NCBI GenBank assembly: GCA_964432765.1
Contig: CAYSOT010000003.1
Location: 1 to 61,486 of the forward strand
Direction of reading: 5' to 3'
Origin: an uncultured Candidatus Saccharibacteria bacterium
GTDB taxonomy: Bacteria; Patescibacteriota; SICC01; CAYSOT01
Length of the DNA stretch: 61,486 nt
Shown: positions 56,391-61,486 of the stretch, one piece after another
Layout of the letters: every line of letters starts with the position of its first letter
Numbering within the stretch: position 1 is the stretch's first letter
Translations under genes and position numbers: made by a program
The notes under the pieces: model-generated
Database searches by the model: none
Told to the model about the DNA's origin: nothing
The model's input: the letters and a program-made list of their open reading frames with translations, nothing else

Positions 56391-56642
56391 ATGGGTACGA
56401 CCGAGTTGAACGAGCCGATAGACGTGCTCGCAAAATTTCATCACGGCACAGTCGAGCCGACTCTGCTGCGTTGGCAGGGGCGACGGTACTGGATACAAAA
56501 GCTCAACCTTCATCATGCCGCCAAGCAGGGTACCGATAATCTGCACTATTTTTCCGTAACCACTGAAGTTGGAGACTGTACGCTCTGCTATTCTCAGAAC
56601 AACCTGACGTGGCGTCTTATGGAAACCTCTTTCTACGGCTAA
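56391..56642 (+). CDS. Small protein coupled to dinB (DUF6504/ImuB-C-like)
   Basis: WQGRRYWI...HYFSV...W pattern; TAATG overlap with dinB; family assignment from memory. Confidence 0.75.
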   Translation: MGTTELNEPIDVLAKFHHGTVEPTLLRWQGRRYWIQKLNLHHAAKQGTDNLHYFSVTTEVGDCTLCYSQNNLTWRLMETSFYG

Positions 56643-57871
56643 TGCGGCGGGTACTCCACCTTGATATGGACTCCTTCTTTGCAACGGTGGAGCAACAAGC
56701 TAGGCCTCACCTGCGCGGCAAGCCTGTTGGAGTAGCTCCGGCGTTCTCAAGGGGCGGAACGATTGTCGCAGCTTCGATTGAGGCAAAGCTCCTCGGTATT
56801 AAAACCGGAACGAGGGTTGGTGAGGCCCGGCGGTTAGCGCCAGACATTGCTCTGTTTAAACCAGACCCACCTAAATACCGGGCCGTTCATCGGGCATTCC
56901 GAAAAATTATTGCCCAGTACTCCCCTGTCGTAAAACCTCGCTCGATTGATGAAGTCGCGATCTGGCTAGACGGTTCGCTCCCCGACAGGCGCAATCCTCT
57001 GGAAGTTGGAATGGAGATCAAGCAGAGAATTCGGGATGAGGTTGGCGATTACTTAAGTAGCTCAGTCGGGATAGGCACTAATTGGCTGCTCGCCAAAACA
57101 GCGTGTGAATTCAAAAAACCTAATGGCCTCTTTGAGATTACATCTGACAACATCGAAAGTGTCTTAAGCGCCTTGTCGCTACGTGACCTCTGTGGCATTG
57201 CCTACCGCATGGAGGCGCGTTTCCAGCTCCAGGGTATTACGACCCCTCTCCAGCTCTACCATGCCGACCCTGTGGACTTAAAGCGACGACTCGGCTTCGT
57301 CGGCTACTACTGGCACCGGAGGCTTCATGGGTTCGATATCGATGAGACCGACTGGGGCACTAAGACGCTTGGGCATTCGTCTGTCTTACCGCGACCAACT
57401 CGCGAAATTAAGCAGCTCGCTCCGCTTTTGCAAAAACTCTGCGAACGAATGGCTAGGCGACTCCGACAAGATAACTGGCAGGCCGGTGGTCTGGTACTTA
57501 GTGGTCACTCGGTTGAAGGTGCGCGTTTTGGATCCGTTGCTTCATTTACCCCTACAAACGATTCCTTCTTTCTCTTCCGACAGGCCAAGCGCCTTCTAGA
57601 AACAGGCCCTCCTGAATCTCCCCTACGTAAGCTGGCTCTCACGAGCATCCATCTGCGAGAAGATCGTCCCCATCAACCATCGCTTTTTCAAGTCGACGAG
57701 AATCGACAACGTGCAACGTATTCGGTCGATCAAATCAACAATCGCTGGGGTGATCTTACCGTCCATCCAGCAACAATGCTTGGGCTTTCTGATGTTGCTG
57801 GCGATGCTATCGCCTTTGGACAAGACATGAAAACACAGCGGGAGCTTCAGCCCTTGCAAGAATCAGAATAA
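56642..57871 (+). CDS. dinB: Y-family DNA polymerase (DinB/Pol IV-like)
   Basis: LHLDMDSFFA, RSIDE, SVGIGTNWLLAK, KPNG. Confidence 0.93.
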   Translation: MRRVLHLDMDSFFATVEQQARPHLRGKPVGVAPAFSRGGTIVAASIEAKLLGIKTGTRVGEARRLAPDIALFKPDPPKYRAVHRAFRKIIAQYSPVVKPRSIDEVAIWLDGSLPDRRNPLEVGMEIKQRIRDEVGDYLSSSVGIGTNWLLAKTACEFKKPNGLFEITSDNIESVLSALSLRDLCGIAYRMEARFQLQGITTPLQLYHADPVDLKRRLGFVGYYWHRRLHGFDIDETDWGTKTLGHSSVLPRPTREIKQLAPLLQKLCERMARRLRQDNWQAGGLVLSGHSVEGARFGSVASFTPTNDSFFLFRQAKRLLETGPPESPLRKLALTSIHLREDRPHQPSLFQVDENRQRATYSVDQINNRWGDLTVHPATMLGLSDVAGDAIAFGQDMKTQRELQPLQESE

Positions 57872-57897
57872 AACTGCCCCGAGTAAACGGGGCAGTT
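57872..57897. terminator. Terminator between the convergent genes
   Basis: AACTGCCCCG-AGTAAA-CGGGGCAGTT. Confidence 0.85.
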
Positions 57898-57920
57898 AAG
57901 GATTCAGTAGAAGTGGGGGT

Positions 57921-58901
57921 TTAGCGGAAGCCGCGGAAGGCGCTGCGCGGGAAACGGTGCTGGCCACCCCAGTAGTTCTGGTGTCGCACTTCAATGTCGC
58001 CGTTGCTCCAGATACCAGTCACAACACCAGTGTGGTTGTAGGTCCACAGAGCGGTTGCACCGATGTACGGTGACTGAGTCAGTACCGGCCAGTCGATTGG
58101 GTTACCGTAGCCTGGGTTCTTCACCCCGGGCTCGTTAACACAGTTACCACCAGCACGTGCATAGCCAATTGAACCAGTCAGACCGGCTGCACTTCCACCA
58201 CCACCACTCGTTGGCGCTGGAGAATTCACAACAAACGAAGCTGGTCGGGTTGAGCTATTACCGACAACCCCGTCGATTTCCTGGGCGCCTTGGGTAGCAA
58301 GAATTTTCTGATATTCTTCTTCGCGGTTGAGTGTTGCTTCGGCGAGTGCTTGCTTTGCCTGCTCTTGAGCCTCAGCAGTAGCAATCTTATCGCCAAGTTG
58401 TCCCTGCAAGGCTACGAGACCCTCTTTCTTAGAATTCGCTTCCGCAAGTTTCGTATTGAGCTCACTCTTTACGGCCTGCAGTTCGCTTGCGGCCTTTTCG
58501 GTCTTAGCGCTGATTTCGTCTTGGTACTGTTGCTGACCAAGCATGCCCGAAAGGTTTTCATTACCAGCAATGACGTCGAACGAGGACGTATCGCCATGAA
58601 TGTAGGCCTCTTTGATGCTCTGCAGAAGAATTTGCTGCTTTTGCTCAAGCAGTGGAGCGAGCGCAGCTAGATCGGCCTCTATTTTCGCGATTTGGCCATT
58701 TACTTCAGCAACTTGCCCAGAGAGGTCACTAGCCTGCTGACGCAGATTTGCTAAGTTGCCGTCCATGGCTGCGTTAGCCTCAGCCAGCGTAGCTGGGCCG
58801 GAAGTGGCACTGACACTGTCAGCAAGCGGTAGGGCGGTCGTAGCGGTAAGTAGTGAGGCCGCTCCGAGTAAGGTCATCAATCGTGTCATCTTGGTCTGCA
58901 T
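57921..58901 (-). CDS. Secreted coiled-coil plus CHAP-like protein (PcsB/CwlO-like)
   Basis: Signal peptide, coiled coil, GNCV ... NHTGVV ... QNY; downstream of ftsEX. Confidence 0.8.
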   Translation of the reverse strand: MQTKMTRLMTLLGAASLLTATTALPLADSVSATSGPATLAEANAAMDGNLANLRQQASDLSGQVAEVNGQIAKIEADLAALAPLLEQKQQILLQSIKEAYIHGDTSSFDVIAGNENLSGMLGQQQYQDEISAKTEKAASELQAVKSELNTKLAEANSKKEGLVALQGQLGDKIATAEAQEQAKQALAEATLNREEEYQKILATQGAQEIDGVVGNSSTRPASFVVNSPAPTSGGGGSAAGLTGSIGYARAGGNCVNEPGVKNPGYGNPIDWPVLTQSPYIGATALWTYNHTGVVTGIWSNGDIEVRHQNYWGGQHRFPRSAFRGFR

Positions 58902-58954
58902 GGGATGTACTTGTATCTCCTAATTAATATGAGTGCCGTAAGGCAACGATGGCC

Positions 58955-58982
58955 ATTATAGGTAGTGGGAATAGGCTGTCAA
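58955..58982 (-). promoter_or_regulatory. Consensus sigma70 promoter
   Basis: TTGACA, 16 bp, TATAAT. Confidence 0.75.
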
Positions 58983-59145
58983 AACTTTTTTTGGTCCCCG
59001 TCCTAAGTAGACCTATTATAGCAAGTAACCATTATAAATGCTATTGTTGACAATATTTCTCTGCTGGATGCGTTTGTAGAAATTTGTCAAATCTTTTAGT
59101 ATTTAGCTCTTTTTTGTCCTAACAGAGAGATTATTTAGCCTTGTC

Positions 59146-60063
59146 CTAGTTCCGTAAATGACGCCTGATAGCAATCATTGAACTTAGGACGCCTACGCCT
59201 ATACCAGTTACGAGCTGGACGACGAGCAATGTCAGGAAGTGCTGCTTGAAATAAGTCTGTACGTTGACGGTATTCTCAAAGAAATTCGTCAGACTTGGCC
59301 CGACCAGGCTGACGATAAGGTAAACCACAAGCATGGCCACGACGAGGCCAATCAGCCCATAGAAAACACCTTCAACAATGAATGGACCACGCACGTACCA
59401 GTTTGATGCACCAACCAGCTTCATAATTTCAATCTCCCGCCGCCTGGAGAAAATTGTGATGCGAATCGTATTGAATACCACCAAGACCGAGAAGGTTAAT
59501 ACGACGAGCGATATGAATATTCCCAGTTTCTTTATAAAGTCGAAGATCTTTTGAAGTCGATCGTAGATCAGTTTATTGTCTGCATCCTTATCTGATCTGC
59601 TCTGGATTAAGCCTTTCGCAAAATCGCTACCAAGCACTGAATCAAAGTCAGATAGCTTTGAAGTATCATTCGCTTTAATCTCGAGGCTTGCTGGCAGCGG
59701 ATTTTCCTCTTCAGGAATACTCTCGACGAGTTTGCGGTTCGTTTCAGAGCGTCCTTTGTAAATCTCAAAGGCTTCCTTCTTCGAGATATATCGAACAGAT
59801 TTAGTGTTCGGTTGCTGCTCAATTTGCGTCTTCAGGGTCTGAATATCATCAACCTTAGCAGTGTCATTAAAGAACACGGCGATGTCGATTCGATCCTTAA
59901 TATTGCTAACAACGACACTTCCAAGCATCAAAAGAATGACAAATATGGAAATCAACACGAGTGTCAGCGAAACAATTCCGCTTGCCGCGACCGAAAGCCA
60001 GCCGTTTCGAACAAATGACTGTAATCCCGACTTGATGATTCGTGGAAGCGTAACGAAGTTCAT
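59146..60063 (-). CDS. ftsX: Cell division permease FtsX
   Basis: RNGWLS, ENPLPAS, NTIRITIFSRRREIEIMKLVGASNWYVRGPF. Confidence 0.96.
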   Translation of the reverse strand: MNFVTLPRIIKSGLQSFVRNGWLSVAASGIVSLTLVLISIFVILLMLGSVVVSNIKDRIDIAVFFNDTAKVDDIQTLKTQIEQQPNTKSVRYISKKEAFEIYKGRSETNRKLVESIPEEENPLPASLEIKANDTSKLSDFDSVLGSDFAKGLIQSRSDKDADNKLIYDRLQKIFDFIKKLGIFISLVVLTFSVLVVFNTIRITIFSRRREIEIMKLVGASNWYVRGPFIVEGVFYGLIGLVVAMLVVYLIVSLVGPSLTNFFENTVNVQTYFKQHFLTLLVVQLVTGIGVGVLSSMIAIRRHLRN

Positions 60064-60746
60064 TTCTTGAGCGTGTACTTCCCGACCTTCTGGTCTTTAA
60101 CGATGTGGCCCTCTTCGAGCGTAATGACCCGTTTTCTCAGGGCATCGACAATCTCTTTATTGTGCGTTGCCAAAATGACCGTGGTGCCAAATTGGTTAAT
60201 CTTCAAAAGCAGCTGAATAATTTCCCAGGCGTTAATCGGGTCAAGATTGCCTGTCGGCTCGTCTGCGATGAGGAGCTTAGGCTGATGGACAAGTGCGCGA
60301 GCAATGGCAGTGCGCTGAATCTCTCCTCCAGAAAGTTGCCTTGGGAAGTTTCGTGCTTTCTCAAGCAGGCCAACCATTTTCAATATTTTCGGGACACTCT
60401 TCTTAATTTCGCTTGTCTTCATACCCGAAGCTTCCATAGCGAAGGCAACGTTTTCTTCGACCGTCTTGTTGTCGAGTAGCTTAAAATCCTGAAATACTAC
60501 CCCGATCTTACGACGAAAATACGGGACCTGCTTTGAGGACAGGTGCGATATGTCGCGATCGTTGATGAAAATCTTTCCTTCCGTCGGGCGCTCATCAGCA
60601 ATAAGAAGCTTGATCAGAGAGCTTTTCCCAGCACCGGAGGATCCCACAATTGACACGAATTCGTTAGCACCGACGGTAAGGTTAACGTCCTCGAGTGCGA
60701 CGTGGTTCTTCGGATAAACTTTTTTGACGTTGACGAGCGTAATCAT
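60060..60746 (-). CDS. ftsE: Cell division ATP-binding protein FtsE
   Basis: GSSGAGKS, IGVVFQDFKLL, LSGGE, ADEPTGNLD. Confidence 0.96.
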   Translation of the reverse strand: MITLVNVKKVYPKNHVALEDVNLTVGANEFVSIVGSSGAGKSSLIKLLIADERPTEGKIFINDRDISHLSSKQVPYFRRKIGVVFQDFKLLDNKTVEENVAFAMEASGMKTSEIKKSVPKILKMVGLLEKARNFPRQLSGGEIQRTAIARALVHQPKLLIADEPTGNLDPINAWEIIQLLLKINQFGTTVILATHNKEIVDALRKRVITLEEGHIVKDQKVGKYTLKK

Positions 60747-61150
60747 AGACCGAGTACGCCGTTCAGGTTACCGGCTCAGGGGCGCTCGGTCAAACTTCTT
60801 GCTGCGCTACTTGGTCCAGGCGCTGTGCGGGGGAAATTTGCGCACACGACGTTCTGGTCGCATATCTTGCGCAGATTTCCGCGGACGGTGAATCTCGTGT
60901 TTTGCATCATGCTCTCGCAGACGATCATTACCACCGTCCTGCCAACGCATTACGCGCGAAAGCTCATCATAGTGACTGGTGCGATGTCTCATGCTGGACA
61001 CACTAATAAGATAAATAACGGCTGGCCTTGGAAACACGCCCAAAAGTGATGCCGGTTTTTAATAGAATTTTTGTAATCTTTTGATTTTGTGTTTGCCTTG
61101 GCACGAACAGCCTGGGCGCGCTACAATCGGAAAGCGCCTGGCGCACCTGA

Positions 61151-61223
61151 GGCCCCATCGTCTAGTGGACCAGGATATCAGGTTTTCATCCTGAAGACGG
61201 GGGTTCGATTCCCCCTGGGGCTA
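61151..61223 (+). tRNA. tRNA-Glu(TTC), no encoded CCA
   Basis: GGCCCCA/TGGGGCT; TCAGG-TTTTCAT-CCTGA; GTTCGATTC; TACAAT upstream. Confidence 0.97.
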
Positions 61224-61228
61224 CTAGG

Positions 61229-61251
61229 AACACCCGACCTTGTCGGGTGTT
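61229..61251 (+). terminator. Terminator after tRNA-Glu
   Basis: AACACCCGAC-CTT-GTCGGGTGTT followed by T-rich sequence. Confidence 0.8.
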
Positions 61252-61397
61252 TGCTGTTTGGATTAGGGTTTCATTGCCGCCGCAAAATAGACTACGCCCA
61301 CGCCCGCCCAGAGAAACGTCTGTCTGCTCATATGCCTATTCTAAACCAGCCGGTTGCTTCGGTTGTGAAAGGCTCATTCGACGCGTACGCTCTAAGC

Positions 61398-61486
61398 ATG
61401 ACTCATTCGCAGAAGGAAGAATTAGCGCGTGTCACACGAAACCTACAGGGCGTCGCTATATTAGCTGGCAGCGTACTTGGAATAGG
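61398..61486 (+). CDS. 5' fragment of a probable membrane protein (possibly an amino-acid permease)
   Basis: MTHSQKEELARVTRNLQGVAILAGSVLGIG, cut by the window end. Confidence 0.4.
   Translation, partial: MTHSQKEELARVTRNLQGVAILAGSVLGI

Noticed and set aside
56382-56684. 100-aa minus-strand ORF
   Set aside because: Antisense to the dinB-coupled gene
59042-59055. TATTGT-TG-ACAATA dyad in the ftsX/CHAP intergenic region
   Set aside because: Short dyad in AT-rich DNA with a single occurrence; could be chance
60807-61043. 78-aa basic ORF upstream of ftsE
   Set aside because: No RBS or family motif; undecided between a small protein and a leader region
1-61486. CRISPR arrays, IS elements, prophage
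   Set aside because: No regularly spaced direct repeats, transposase, integrase or phage gene cluster recognised. The baseplate-J-like gene is solitary and lies within a housekeeping operon

Overview
Compact, mostly minus-strand housekeeping region. It is most consistent with a Patescibacteria/CPR genome (inferred from the short Smc, truncated AlaRS, Nudix-inserted LeuRS, archaeal-type PGI/PMI, ADP-forming acetate-CoA ligase and CCA-less tRNAs). It encodes translation, tRNA-modification, cell-division, glycolysis/fermentation and repair genes, plus tRNA-Ala and tRNA-Glu. No CRISPR array, integrase or transposase was recognised. Highlights: (1) A ~760-nt non-coding transcription unit at 409-1203 sits between khpA and trmD, where rimM usually lies. 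It has its own sigma70 promoter, a boxA-like element and a terminator, and is packed with near-contiguous hairpins, a GUU-anticodon tRNA with a 24-nt D-loop and a second tRNA-like cloverleaf with no normal anticodon loop. (2) metG is split at a duplicated, diverged KMSKS motif with an ATGA overlap. (3) A perfect 30-bp palindrome precedes a dinB cassette. (4) At least 14 genes have a -10 box only 6-8 nt before the start codon, suggesting leaderless expression. (5) PyrG has non-canonical residues in its CTP/UTP-site motif. All calls were made by eye from the sequence and ORF track; no database searches or folding programs were run.
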